DNA from: an uncultured cyanobacterium | Lineage (GTDB): Bacteria > Cyanobacteriota > Cyanobacteriia > CAKZMO01 | DNA: 64,000 nucleotides | Direction: 5' to 3' | Assembly: GCA_963719515.1 (NCBI GenBank) | Contig: CAVRCJ010000011.1 | Location: 1-64,000 of the forward strand | Part shown: one piece after another, positions 1-11,305 of the stretch | How the letters are laid out: every line of letters starts with the position of its first letter | How positions within the stretch are numbered: the stretch's first letter is position 1 | Notes under the pieces: model-generated | Database searches by the model: none | What the model was told of the DNA's origin: nothing | Seen by the model: only the letters and a program-made list of their open reading frames with translations | Position numbers and translations under genes: made by a program

Positions 1-148
1 TCCAGGCTTAGAGTTGTTCCGGACTAGGGAAGTATCCGGAGGTCTGTAGCAAGTTCGATCTCTTTGGTCTAGTCAACACTTACGTTGAGGGATGATTCCC
101 CTCCAGCCTCCAGCTCAGCGTTGGCGGCTGGAGGTAGTTGACAGAGCC
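1..148 (-). ncRNA. 5' part of an IscB/IsrB-associated omegaRNA (HEARO-like RNA), running off the left edge
   Basis: Minus strand reads GGCTCT-GTCAACTAC-CTCCAGCC...GGCTGGAG...GTTGAC-TAGACC...TCCGGATACTTCCCTAGTCCGGA...CTCTAAGCC. The GTCAAC/GTTGAC stem and ACTTCCCTAGT hairpin match the scaffold start I recall for cyanobacterial IscB elements. Confidence 0.7.
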
Positions 149-169
149 TGAAATGGTTTCACTATTGGA

Positions 170-322
170 TTAGAGCACCTCGTCCACAGCGCTGGTGTAG
201 CTGCAGACGTGAATTTCGGGATCACATCCCGGACTCTTTGCTAAGGCGTCTCCGGACTTGGAAACAGCTGCCTCAAGAGAGGAAACAATGAGGGTAGCAA
301 GAAGAATAAGCGAAAGCTTCAT
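170..322 (-). CDS. small putative secreted peptide (50 aa)
   Basis: ATG at 322 preceded by AAGGA; signal-peptide-like MKLSLILLATLIVSSLEAA; mature part has CDPEIHVC. Confidence 0.5.
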   Translation of the reverse strand: MKLSLILLATLIVSSLEAAVSKSGDALAKSPGCDPEIHVCSYTSAVDEVL

Positions 323-1332
323 AATTTTGTCCTTGTAGATGCAACTTGGAAAGCACGATTGAATCGTCCCTGTTGAGGCGTGGGTCATCAGCAGACTGAG
401 GACACCACTTTGGAGAAATGTGCAGAAGCAAGCAGACAACCTGAGGCTGCTTTTGCTGCTTTGCTTGTGCTGCTTTCAAAGGGGAAGATAGCGGTGTTTG
501 ATGTGCTAGAGACTATAGCCCTAGCCTGACGCTCGGCTGCTGCAGATTAGTCGTAATGTTCGAATAATCGCAGCTGACGTAGCCATATATAATTTGCTGG
601 CTTTGATCCGCATTAACCTGAATGCACCAAGGCCTCTGTAGCAGGTAATACGTGAATGATGTCGTTAGCGTCGTGGTTGCTAGAGCAATCACGGCCGGCA
701 ACACCGCCGGATGGCTAAAATTGTTTGCGGTAATTTTCTTGAAGATACACACCTGAGGTACATCAAATCCTGAATCCGTTGGCAATCAATTTATATGCCA
801 TCTGTCACTAGCGCAAGAGGGGTAAGACCGCTCAGGGCAAGGCTCTCACGCCTCCATTCTGTACGCCACCGTACAGTTTAATGTAAATTTGTAATAGGTA
901 AACTTATTGAAGCTTGGGAAGCAAAGCTTCGATTTATGTGGGCTAAATTATGGACAAAGGCTAGGCGTAAAGCGTAAAGAATACGACGCTTAGCTTGCAA
1001 AGTCTTATTATGGATTTGAACAGAATATGGGAATCAAACGAATTTGCTTAGAGAACTGATTTTACCTGTCTAAAGTGAATGGAGCCACTGCAACATCAAG
1101 CTTTAAACCGCAGGTGTATTGTTCCTACTTTTGCAATACGACGTTTGATTCTCAATCCCCTAAACTTGCAGCTACGGGTAAGATGCTTGAAGGCTTCCTT
1201 GTCTGAAAAGCCTTTGGTGCAAGATTCTTCATCTTTAGCTACACAATTAAGCAGAAAGCTTTTTACTTTTATTTATTTTTTAGAGAAGGCTTCGGCTCAG
1301 TAGGCTCACAAGAGCCGAGCTTGCATGAGGAC

Positions 1333-1870
1333 ATGATTTTAGTTATCTGCCCAGGTATCCATAGCGAAACAGCGACGGAGGAATTTCTGCATGAGCTGTC
1401 CCTGCCGCCAACAACCTACATTATATTTCCAGCTCATCGTCAACCGGTCTATTCTCCTCAACATGTCCTAGAGTGGATGAGGTCTCAACAGGTACTGCGG
1501 TCTCAGGGCTTCTGCTTTCATGGCCTTTAGCGCCGGGGTTGTGGGTGCTTTAGGGGTGGCCCGTCACCTAAGGCGCACCTGCGTTCCTGTTGGAGGGTTG
1601 ATCGCCATAGATGGCTGGGGCGTTCCTTTGACAGAACCCTTTCCGATTCATCGGCTCAGTCACGATGCGTTCACCCACGACACGTCACTCTTGCTAGGCC
1701 CTGACGGCGGAGAGCACTTCTATGCTGACCCCGACGTGGAGCATCTAGAGCTATGGCGATCGCCTCGTCAAGCGCAAGGCTGGATCGTGACGGGCCGCTC
1801 ACGCCAGCGGTCCACCGCAGCGGCATTCTTGCTCACGACGCTAGGGCACTACGGGATCTCAGTTCGGTAA
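1333..1870 (+). pseudogene. alpha/beta-hydrolase-like cyanobacterial hypothetical gene split by a +1 frameshift near 1510
   Basis: ORF 1321-1530 (MILVICPGIH...) and ORF 1520-1870 (AFSAGVVGA...IAIDGWGVPL) read as two halves of one protein and are offset by +1. Confidence 0.55.
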
Positions 1871-1877
1871 CCCGTAC
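1862..1877 (+). promoter_or_regulatory. K-box upstream of groESL
   Basis: GTTCGG-TAAC-CCGTAC fits the cyanobacterial K-box consensus GTTCGG-NNAN-CCNNAC. Confidence 0.7.
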
Positions 1878-1916
1878 AGCCTCAAATCTTGTCAGAGGGC
1901 AGGCTAGCTCGCTAAA

Positions 1917-1943
1917 TTAGCACTCGTAAGCTGAGAGTGCTAA
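1917..1943 (+). promoter_or_regulatory. CIRCE element (HrcA operator)
   Basis: perfect TTAGCACTC-N9-GAGTGCTAA upstream of groES. Confidence 0.95.
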
Positions 1944-2149
1944 ACTGAGGCTTAGCACGCCAGAGGTAGTGAGTTTAGAGTTAGGTGTCGGGTCAAGGGG
2001 GCTACAGGGTTCACCTTGATGGCCTTGTGGTGATCCTCCGTCTAGGACGTTTCTCCCCTTGGCGCAATCGCACCTGTCGATGAACAAGCTATTTGACGGC
2101 GCAATTTTTGATATTGGCAGAACTGTTACTGATTTGTTGGAGTGTTTAG

Positions 2150-2461
2150 ATGGCAGCTATATCTCTTAGCGTTTCTACCGTTAAGCCCTTAGGTGAGCGC
2201 GTTTTCGTAAAGGTTTCTCAGTCTGAAGAGAAAACCGCAGGCGGCATCTTGCTCCCTGAGACCGCAAAGGAAAAGCCTCAGATTGGCGAAATTGTTCAGG
2301 TTGGACCGGGCAAGCGAGGCGACGACGGCGCTCGTCAGGAGCTAGAGGTCAAGGTTGGCGACAAGGTGCTCTACTCCAAGTACGCTGGCACCGATATCAA
2401 GCTCGGCACCGACGAGTACGTTTTGCTGTCTGAGAAAGACATTCTGGCCATCGTCGCCTAG
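2150..2461 (+). CDS. groES: co-chaperonin GroES
   Basis: [36 protein letters not shown]. Confidence 0.98.
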   Translation: MAAISLSVSTVKPLGERVFVKVSQSEEKTAGGILLPETAKEKPQIGEIVQVGPGKRGDDGARQELEVKVGDKVLYSKYAGTDIKLGTDEYVLLSEKDILAIVA

Positions 2462-2512
2462 GTTTAAAGCCAGATTTAGGCTATTCAGTTGAGACTCTCT
2501 TCAGAGAAATAA

Positions 2513-4162
<1,650 letters not shown>

Positions 4163-4368
4163 GCGTTAGGGCATGGCACCGCCATGCCTCTACAGCATTG
4201 AATTGCAGGGCGATCGCTTCTTTATTAAGGGGCGATCGTTTTTTGTGTGATTTTTGAGGGTTAATTGAGAGAAGGTTGCAAAAGCGAAGGCCAGTCAGTA
4301 CCTTAGGAATAAGGGCCGGAGGGGAGCTCAAATCTCATCAACAGCCTCTTCAGCAATGAAAATATCCT

Positions 4369-5574
4369 ATGACACCAGCCGCCAACAGGCTTTTAAAACG
4401 ACAACTGTTCTCAACCACCTCTGAGCCCGATTCCCCTATCCTGCAGGTCAACCACGTCATACGACAGTTCTCAAACGCTTCCCCAGCCGTTTGCTCGGTG
4501 TCGCTACAGCTCAATAGAGGCGAGCTTCTAGGACTGTTGGGGCCGTCAGGCTGCGGCAAAACGACGCTACTGCGACTGATTGCCGGATTTGAGCGTCCCC
4601 AGTCGGGCAGCATTTATCTTTCAGGTCAGCCCATAGCGGGGCCCCAGTGGTTAGCGCCAGAGAAACGCGGCATCGGCATGGTGTTTCAAGACTACGCCCT
4701 TTTTCCCCACCTGACGGTGGCTAAAAACGTCGCCTTTGGCCTCTCGGCGCGGCACCGCTCCCGGGAAGGCCGCCAGGCCAAACGTCGCCGGGTGGCGGAG
4801 GTGCTGGCTTTAGTCGGGCTGCAGGGTCTAGAAGATCGCCACCCCCATCAGCTGTCAGGCGGTCAACAGCAGCGAGTTTCTTTGGCCCGGGCGCTAGCCC
4901 CCCACCCTCCGATCGTGCTGCTGGATGAACCCCTGAGTAACCTAGATGCCAAGGTGCGGCTGCAGCTGCGCCAGGATTTGCGGGATATTTTCAAGGCGGC
5001 TGGAGTATCGGGCATTTTTGTCACCCACGACCAAGAGGAAGCGCTGTCGGTATGCGATCGCGTGGCGGTGATGCACGACGGGAAGCTGGTGCAGGTGGGG
5101 ATGCCCCAAGACCTCTATAACTTTCCCGCCTCGCGGTTTGTGGCTGAGTTTGTCACCCAGGCCAATTTCCTTCCGGCTCAGTATCACCCGCAGCTGGGTT
5201 GGGTGACGGAGCTAGGCTCGTTTCCATCGCCGCAAATCATCAGTAGCGCCAACCAGGAGATTTCCGGAGCGTCAAAGGTTGGGGACAGTCCGACAGACAC
5301 CGAAATTATGATTCGCCAAGACGGCATTGCCATCACGGCGGATAGTGCGTCTGATATTGTGGTGCGCGATCGCCAGTTCTTGGGCCGAGAAAACCGCTAC
5401 TGTTTGAGCTTGCCTTCTGGGCGATCGGTGGTGGCGCGGCTACCGGCGGACCGACAGTTTTTGGTAGGCGAGCGGGTGAAAGTTACCGTGGCTCAGGAGG
5501 CGACCAGCCTGTTTGCTGCACCTGCTATGGCGCTGGCTGATACGTCCACTGTCAAAGAATGTTACAGCCCGTGA
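4369..5574 (+). CDS. ABC transporter ATP-binding protein, Fe3+/polyamine (FutC/PotA-like) family
   Basis: Walker A GPSGCGKT, LSGGQQQRV, LLDEPLSNLD, TOBE-like C-terminus. Confidence 0.85.
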   Translation: MTPAANRLLKRQLFSTTSEPDSPILQVNHVIRQFSNASPAVCSVSLQLNRGELLGLLGPSGCGKTTLLRLIAGFERPQSGSIYLSGQPIAGPQWLAPEKRGIGMVFQDYALFPHLTVAKNVAFGLSARHRSREGRQAKRRRVAEVLALVGLQGLEDRHPHQLSGGQQQRVSLARALAPHPPIVLLDEPLSNLDAKVRLQLRQDLRDIFKAAGVSGIFVTHDQEEALSVCDRVAVMHDGKLVQVGMPQDLYNFPASRFVAEFVTQANFLPAQYHPQLGWVTELGSFPSPQIISSANQEISGASKVGDSPTDTEIMIRQDGIAITADSASDIVVRDRQFLGRENRYCLSLPSGRSVVARLPADRQFLVGERVKVTVAQEATSLFAAPAMALADTSTVKECYSP

Positions 5575-5653
5575 GCTGGTAACCCGCCGAGACGTTAAAT
5601 ATAGAAATACTTCCACTTGACGTTGCGATTCACCCTTCTATAGATAGCGCGCT

Positions 5654-6634
5654 ATGTTTCCCGTTCACCGCCCTCGTAGGTTACGCAACCACCCCCAGCT
5701 GCGCCGCATGGTGCAGGAGACGGTGGTCACCACCCGCGACCTCATCTATCCTCTATTCGCCGTCGATGGCAGCGGCGTAGCCCGAGAAGTATCCTCCATG
5801 CCGGGGGTTTACCAGCTCTCTGTCGACAAGCTGGTAGATGAGGCCAAAGAGGTCTACGACCTTGGCATCCCCGCCGTGATTCTGTTTGGCATTCCCGAGG
5901 ACAAAGACAACGAGGCAACCGGCGCTTGGCACGACCACGGCATTGTGCAACAGGCATCGCGCGCCATTAAGGCAGCGGTGCCCGATCTGATCGTCGTGGT
6001 GGATACCTGCCTGTGTGAATATACCTCTCACGGCCACTGCGGCTACTTGGAAACGGGCGACCTCTCGGGCCGGGTACTCAACGACCCCACCCTAGAGCTG
6101 CTGAAGAAAACCGCCGTGGCTCAGGCCAACGCCGGGGCCGACATCATCGCCCCTTCGGGCATGATGGATGGATTCGTGCAGGCCATTCGTCAGGGTCTAG
6201 ACGAGACCGGGTTCACCGACTTACCCATCTTGTCCTACGCGGCCAAGTATTCCTCTTCTTACTACGGTCCCTTCCGAGATGCCGCTGAGTCAGCGCCGCA
6301 GTTTGGCGATCGCCGCACCTACCAAATGGACCCGGCCAACTCCCGCGAGGCCATCAAGGAAATTGAGCTGGACGTGGCGGAAGGCGCGGACATGCTGATG
6401 GTGAAGCCTGCCTTAGCCTATATGGACATCATTTGGCAGGTGAAGCAGGCCAGCAATCTTCCGGTGGCGGCCTACAACGTATCGGGCGAATATTCGATGG
6501 TGAAAGCCGCTGCCCTCAACGGTTGGGTGGACGAGCGTAAGGTGGTGCTTGAAACCATGACCAGCTTCAAGCGGGCCGGAGCCGACTTGATCTTGACCTA
6601 CCACGCTAAAGACGTGGCTCGCTGGCTTGACTAG
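5654..6634 (+). CDS. hemB: porphobilinogen synthase
   Basis: [37 protein letters not shown]. Confidence 0.98.
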   Translation: MFPVHRPRRLRNHPQLRRMVQETVVTTRDLIYPLFAVDGSGVAREVSSMPGVYQLSVDKLVDEAKEVYDLGIPAVILFGIPEDKDNEATGAWHDHGIVQQASRAIKAAVPDLIVVVDTCLCEYTSHGHCGYLETGDLSGRVLNDPTLELLKKTAVAQANAGADIIAPSGMMDGFVQAIRQGLDETGFTDLPILSYAAKYSSSYYGPFRDAAESAPQFGDRRTYQMDPANSREAIKEIELDVAEGADMLMVKPALAYMDIIWQVKQASNLPVAAYNVSGEYSMVKAAALNGWVDERKVVLETMTSFKRAGADLILTYHAKDVARWLD

Positions 6635-6750
6635 GTTAAGACACCGGCCCAGCTGCATCGCGGCCCGTCTATGTCTTGGCCTATCTGCATCTTGACCCAT
6701 CCATATCGCAACTTTAACAACTTTCAGTTTCAATCCCTGAGCTAAATCCC

Positions 6751-7332
6751 ATGGCCTATCTTTGGTTTAAGGCATTCCACGTCATTGGCGTTGTTGTTTG
6801 GTTTGCAGGTCTGTTCTACCTCGTGCGCCTGTTTGTCTACCATGTCGAAGCCGAGGAACAACCTGAGCCCGCCCGCAGCATTCTGAAAAATCAGTACGCT
6901 GTGATGGAAAAGCGCCTGCTGCGCATCATTACCACCCCCGGCATGGTTGTGACTGTGCTGATGGCGGCCGGTATTTTGTGGCAAGAGCCTGCGGTGATTC
7001 ACGACTGGTGGCTGCAGGTGAAGCTAGGGCTGGTGGCAGTGCTGTTCGGCTATCATCACTACTGCTCTCGGCTGATGAAGCAGCTGGCTAAAGGAGAATG
7101 TCGCTGGAGCAGCGGACAGCTGCGCGCCCTCAACGAGCTGCCAACCCTGCTGCTGGTGCCGATTGTGATGCTGGCAATCTTTAAGAACAGCTTTCCAACA
7201 AACGCGACCACCTATCTCATTGTGGGGTTAGTCGTGCTTATGGCAGCGTCAATTCAGTTCTACGCGCGCAAGCGACGGCTAGATCGCGAGCGGCAGGCAG
7301 AGCCTGCGGGTGCTGAGGCTCTACAGGGATAA
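6751..7332 (+). CDS. hemJ: protoporphyrinogen IX oxidase HemJ
   Basis: WFKAFHVIGVVVWFAGLFYLVRLFVYH, RALNELPT; adjacent to hemB. Confidence 0.92.
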   Translation: MAYLWFKAFHVIGVVVWFAGLFYLVRLFVYHVEAEEQPEPARSILKNQYAVMEKRLLRIITTPGMVVTVLMAAGILWQEPAVIHDWWLQVKLGLVAVLFGYHHYCSRLMKQLAKGECRWSSGQLRALNELPTLLLVPIVMLAIFKNSFPTNATTYLIVGLVVLMAASIQFYARKRRLDRERQAEPAGAEALQG

Positions 7333-7338
7333 GCTGAC

Positions 7339-7659
7339 GTGGCTGATGCAGTTCTGCCGACGGCTTCCCTCGAACGCAGCTTTCATGCGCTCTCCGATCC
7401 ACTGCGGCTGCAGGTGCTAGCGATTCTTCGCGAGCAGTCGCTTTGCGTTTGCGACTTGTGCGATCGCCTCAACGTTCGTCAGTCGAAGCTGTCGTTTCAC
7501 CTCAAGACCCTAAAGGAGGCCGACCTACTGCATTCTAAGCAGCGGGGCAAGTGGGTGTACTACAGCATTAACCCTGCCCAGCTAGAGGCGTTGGAGCAGT
7601 ATCTCTTTGGGCTTCGGCAGACCTTCGTCAGGCCGCCCCGAATTTGTGGTGATGGCTGA
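7339..7659 (+). CDS. ArsR/SmtB family transcriptional regulator
   Basis: FHALSDPLRL, LCVCDL, QSKLSFHLKTL, RGKWVYY. Confidence 0.9.
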   Translation: MADAVLPTASLERSFHALSDPLRLQVLAILREQSLCVCDLCDRLNVRQSKLSFHLKTLKEADLLHSKQRGKWVYYSINPAQLEALEQYLFGLRQTFVRPPRICGDG

Positions 7660-7703
7660 CTGACAACGCGCTTGGTACGGCCTTGCCCTACTCAACCTGT
7701 GCC

Positions 7704-8342
7704 CTACTCAACCGTGTCCTCGACGTGCGATCGCCCCCGCACGTTCTCCATGGCCGCTAGGCAGGCTCGGGAGGCCGCCAAGATGTCTTGCTCTGCGCCG
7801 CCGAGATAGAGTCGCCCAAAGCTCCCCACCGCTGAAATCCGCAAAATGTTGATCAGAGCCGCCTTTTCCGCCTCGTTAGCAGCTAGAGCTGCCCAAGCGG
7901 CAGGCTCAACCTCGAGCACATAAAGGGTTTGCCCCGCCACGATCATGTTGCCTCGCCGGGCGCGGTTAATGAGCTGAGTATGGTGGGGGTCGATGTTGCG
8001 GATGATTTGGCTCGATACGACATTGGGCTTAATGCAGTCGCTGGCCCGGGCTCCAATGGCCTCCAAAATGGCGCGGCCTGCCGCTTTGGTGTCGCTTTGC
8101 CGGGAGGAATGGACCTCTAGTAGCCCGTATAGCCGCTCAATCATCAAGATTGCCGGACGGACGGAGGCGGCTTTAAGGGCGACGTCCATGAGTCGGTTGA
8201 CTTCGATGCCGGGGGCGATCTCTACCCAAAGGGACGAGTCTCCAGGGAGCGGTAAGAACCCCTGGGCTTCGGTGCCGAGGTAGGCCGCGTGCTGGGGCTG
8301 AAGATTATCAATGTAAACGTAGCTGCGGAGATCGACGCCCAA
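7704..8342 (-). CDS. ccmP: carboxysome tandem-BMC shell protein CcmP
   Basis: [48 protein letters not shown]. Confidence 0.85.
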   Translation of the reverse strand: MGVDLRSYVYIDNLQPQHAAYLGTEAQGFLPLPGDSSLWVEIAPGIEVNRLMDVALKAASVRPAILMIERLYGLLEVHSSRQSDTKAAGRAILEAIGARASDCIKPNVVSSQIIRNIDPHHTQLINRARRGNMIVAGQTLYVLEVEPAAWAALAANEAEKAALINILRISAVGSFGRLYLGGAEQDILAASRACLAAMENVRGRSHVEDTVE

Positions 8343-8560
8343 AGTGTGTCCTCTATAGTTGTGCGCACGAGATGCCCGCTGGCCGAGCCAAGATTTAGTA
8401 TACGGGGTGGGGGGATGCTGTGGCTATTGCCCGACTTCGAATCGGCGGCTGGTCAAAATCCAAGGCTGCTGGAGGTGCTCTAGCCGTAAGGCTGTTCGTT
8501 TAGGACTATCTTCATTATTATGAGTTGAGTCGTAGCCGGTCAGTCATAGAAACGCAAACC

Positions 8561-8905
8561 ATGTCAGAGTCGACGCTAGAGTATAGAGCTGAGAACGTGC
8601 AGCGAGCCGTAAACGCCATCTTGAAAGTGCTCGGCGAGCCCGTCACTCCCCTTCACGTCTCGGCCCTAGAAGCATTTCAGCAGCAGGATGAAGAGCAGAT
8701 CAAGTATCTGGCCGCAGCGCACCTCAACGATGGCTACTGTACGACATTGAGCTACTGCATTTCGGCGCTGAAGCTTAGCGCCGAAACCGCCACAATTTTG
8801 GCTGACGCTGGGCGAGCCGCCGCCGACTTTGCTAGAGACCGGGCGCTGTGGGATTTGAGCTGGGCCATCAGCGTAGCTTTAAAGCCCAGAATGGAAGAAT
8901 TCTAG
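8561..8905 (+). CDS. hypothetical protein
   Basis: open frame with ATG at 8561; no motif recognised. Confidence 0.55.
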   Translation: MSESTLEYRAENVQRAVNAILKVLGEPVTPLHVSALEAFQQQDEEQIKYLAAAHLNDGYCTTLSYCISALKLSAETATILADAGRAAADFARDRALWDLSWAISVALKPRMEEF

Positions 8906-8925
8906 AGGGGGATTGGGTCGATGGT

Positions 8926-9744
8926 CTATTGCCCGGTACGATGCTGCTGAAACCAGGGTACGGCAAAATTGACCAGCGCTTTCACCCCCATCAGCCGGGC
9001 GTCTGCCTGCCCCACGGGGCTTCGATGTACCGCCCCCTCGTTTTCGAACGCTGCCCCTAGAGCCTCAAAATCCTCAGCAACGGGGACCGGTTGCCAAAAG
9101 GTGACCCACCGCCGTACCCCACCTATGGCCACGGGGGAGCCCGTCTCACACTTAACTTGCTTTGCTCCCAACGCCCGCCGCTCCGCGAGGTGCAGCATTG
9201 TATTGTTGCAGTGCCCAACCCCCAGCAGCAGTACCCTGCCTTCTAAATCGTAGAGTTGCCTCAAGGGCGATCGCTCCCCGAAAGCATCTTCCAGGGCCTG
9301 CTCAGCGGTAATCTCTGCGGCCCGTGGCCCTAGGGCCGCAAATGAAGAGGTGGGGTGGCGGCTCCGCACTGCCCCCGGAGCCTTGCGGAACGTCTCTGGA
9401 ATTACCCCCATCTCTCTCGTCGGCGTCAGGTCAGGGTCAAAGGCAGGCATGGTGTTTCGGATACTGTCCCACCAGGCTTCGGGCACGGGCGGATGCGCCC
9501 ATAGAGAGGGGTCAGACCAATCGCCAGAGTGGGCCGGCATAACTAGAGTCCCCTCCGTGCCTAAGACGTGAAGCAGCGCTTGGATAACGGTCTGTGCGCC
9601 GCCGCAAACCCACCCCAGGGCGCTCAGGGAAGAATGCACCAGCACAATCTGCCCCTGCCTCAGACCTAGGGCCTGGAGCTCTTGCGTGAGCCTCTCTATA
9701 GTGATGGGCTCCGGCGATGTTGCAATGGTCTTTACTTCAGACAT
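8926..9744 (-). CDS. AAC(3)/YokD family N-acetyltransferase
   Basis: LVHSSLSALGWVCGG, MGVIPETFR, RSRHP, NTMLHLAE. Confidence 0.9.
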   Translation of the reverse strand: MSEVKTIATSPEPITIERLTQELQALGLRQGQIVLVHSSLSALGWVCGGAQTVIQALLHVLGTEGTLVMPAHSGDWSDPSLWAHPPVPEAWWDSIRNTMPAFDPDLTPTREMGVIPETFRKAPGAVRSRHPTSSFAALGPRAAEITAEQALEDAFGERSPLRQLYDLEGRVLLLGVGHCNNTMLHLAERRALGAKQVKCETGSPVAIGGVRRWVTFWQPVPVAEDFEALGAAFENEGAVHRSPVGQADARLMGVKALVNFAVPWFQQHRTGQ

Positions 9745-9896
9745 GAGCTTTGTCTTGGTAGATTGAGGAAAAGCTTCTCTCAAGGTAGCTTTAGCAATGC
9801 TTCAGCAGAGTACAACGGCATTGGCCCCACCGTAGGCTTGGGTCAGGCGGCATTAGCCGCCCTCAGGATTGCCCTAACCCTGGCAGCCTCCAACTG

Positions 9897-10787
9897 TCAC
9901 TGTCGCGGCTGCGCGGCTGCCACCGCGACCCCCACCAAAATTACCATCGCCCCGACTAACACTCGAATCCCTGGTATCTCTCCAAACACCGCGTACCCCA
10001 GCGCACTCGCTCCCACCGGCTCCATCAAAATCGCTAAGGTCACCAAGGTCGGCGAGAGGCGATGCACTGACCAGTTTAGGCTCGTATGCCCCAAGAGCTG
10101 CGGTACGATGGCCATCAGCACAATCCAGCCGTAGACTGACGGCGGATAGCCTCCATAGGATGCGCCCAGAGCCGTCGGCAGCGGTAGCAGAGCTAGCGCC
10201 GCCACCGTGTAGGCGATCGCCGAATGCTGACCAATCTTTAGGCCTCGCCGCTGCGCCTCACGGCCCAGCAAAAAGTAGAGGCTTACCGTCCAGGCCCCCG
10301 CTAGCGCTAATCCATTGCCCAACAGCAGGTTTGCCCCCATACTGCCCTCCCCCTGCCAGCCAATAATTCCCCCCCCGACCAGAGTGACGGCGATGCCGAC
10401 AGCCGTCCGCCACGACGGCCTTTCTCCAAACCATAGCCAAGACAGCAGCGCCACCCAAACGGGATTAGTCGTCACCAGCGCTGTTGAAGCGGCAATCGAC
10501 GTGTAGGACAGGGAGCTAGTCCAAGTGGCGAAGTGCAGCGCTAGCAGCAGCCCCGCGATTGCCGAATAGAGAACTGCCCTAGGCTGATAGCGCTCGGGCT
10601 GGAACTGTCGCCAGGTGGGCAACAAGATGACCGATGCGATCGCCAGCCGCGAGGCCGCAATCACCAGGCTGAACCCCACCCCCGATGTGGCCGCGTCGCT
10701 CAGGGCAAGCCGAATAAAAACTGCCGATGTCGACACGCAAAACACGCCAAAGAGCAAGATTGCGCCCGCCTGCCAGCGCGTTGTCAT
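9897..10787 (-). CDS. EamA/DMT family transporter
   Basis: about 10 hydrophobic segments; LALHFATW, PQLLGH, EPVGAS. Confidence 0.9.
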   Translation of the reverse strand: MTTRWQAGAILLFGVFCVSTSAVFIRLALSDAATSGVGFSLVIAASRLAIASVILLPTWRQFQPERYQPRAVLYSAIAGLLLALHFATWTSSLSYTSIAASTALVTTNPVWVALLSWLWFGERPSWRTAVGIAVTLVGGGIIGWQGEGSMGANLLLGNGLALAGAWTVSLYFLLGREAQRRGLKIGQHSAIAYTVAALALLPLPTALGASYGGYPPSVYGWIVLMAIVPQLLGHTSLNWSVHRLSPTLVTLAILMEPVGASALGYAVFGEIPGIRVLVGAMVILVGVAVAAAQPRQ

Positions 10788-10874
10788 GGGCTAACCCCTA
10801 CTATTGTGGTTGCGATCGCATCCAACATCCGCTACACTCCTACCCCGATGCATATATGAAAGAGGTAACACGGA

Positions 10875-11183
10875 ATGGTAAGCGGACGACTGGAACTCAC
10901 CATCAAAATCAATGAGCTGCCCGCCACCGAGACGGTCGAGAACGGTTGGCAGCAGTTTTCAATCGACTGTAATGGCGTCGTGTTTCAAGTAACGGTTCGG
11001 CCTAAAATTTGGCGCAGACTCGAGGAGGCGGACAAAAGCTACGACATGTGGGTTGCCGCCGTGACGGGTCAGCTCGGCGCAAAGACAGATACGGGCTACC
11101 TGCTAGACCAGCCCTCTATTCAGGCCTTTGAGCGCAAGCCCAAAGAGCCGAAGGAGGCAAAAGAAGGGGCGGCACCTGCTTAA
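10875..11183 (+). CDS. conserved hypothetical protein
   Basis: GRLELTIKINELP...WVAAVTGQLG...QAFERKPK; coherent ORF. Confidence 0.7.
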   Translation: MVSGRLELTIKINELPATETVENGWQQFSIDCNGVVFQVTVRPKIWRRLEEADKSYDMWVAAVTGQLGAKTDTGYLLDQPSIQAFERKPKEPKEAKEGAAPA

Positions 11184-11305
11184 AGCAATCGCCCTCAGGT
11201 CGTTAGCAGGCCCCTTTTTAGGGAGGGCAGACGGGGTTTTATTGCCCAGAGTTTAGGGCGGAAGCTGCGACCGTCCAAGAAAATAGACGGCGTCGCCTGC
11301 GCCGT

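Noticed and set aside
860..875. TGTA-N8-TACA NtcA-like palindrome
   Set aside because: GC-rich spacer, nearest -10-like hexamer is at non-canonical spacing, and no clear target gene
4262..4285. Fur-like box before the ABC ATPase (AATTGAGAGAAGGTTGCAAAA)
   Set aside because: Only a weak partial palindrome; cannot be supported without a matrix scan
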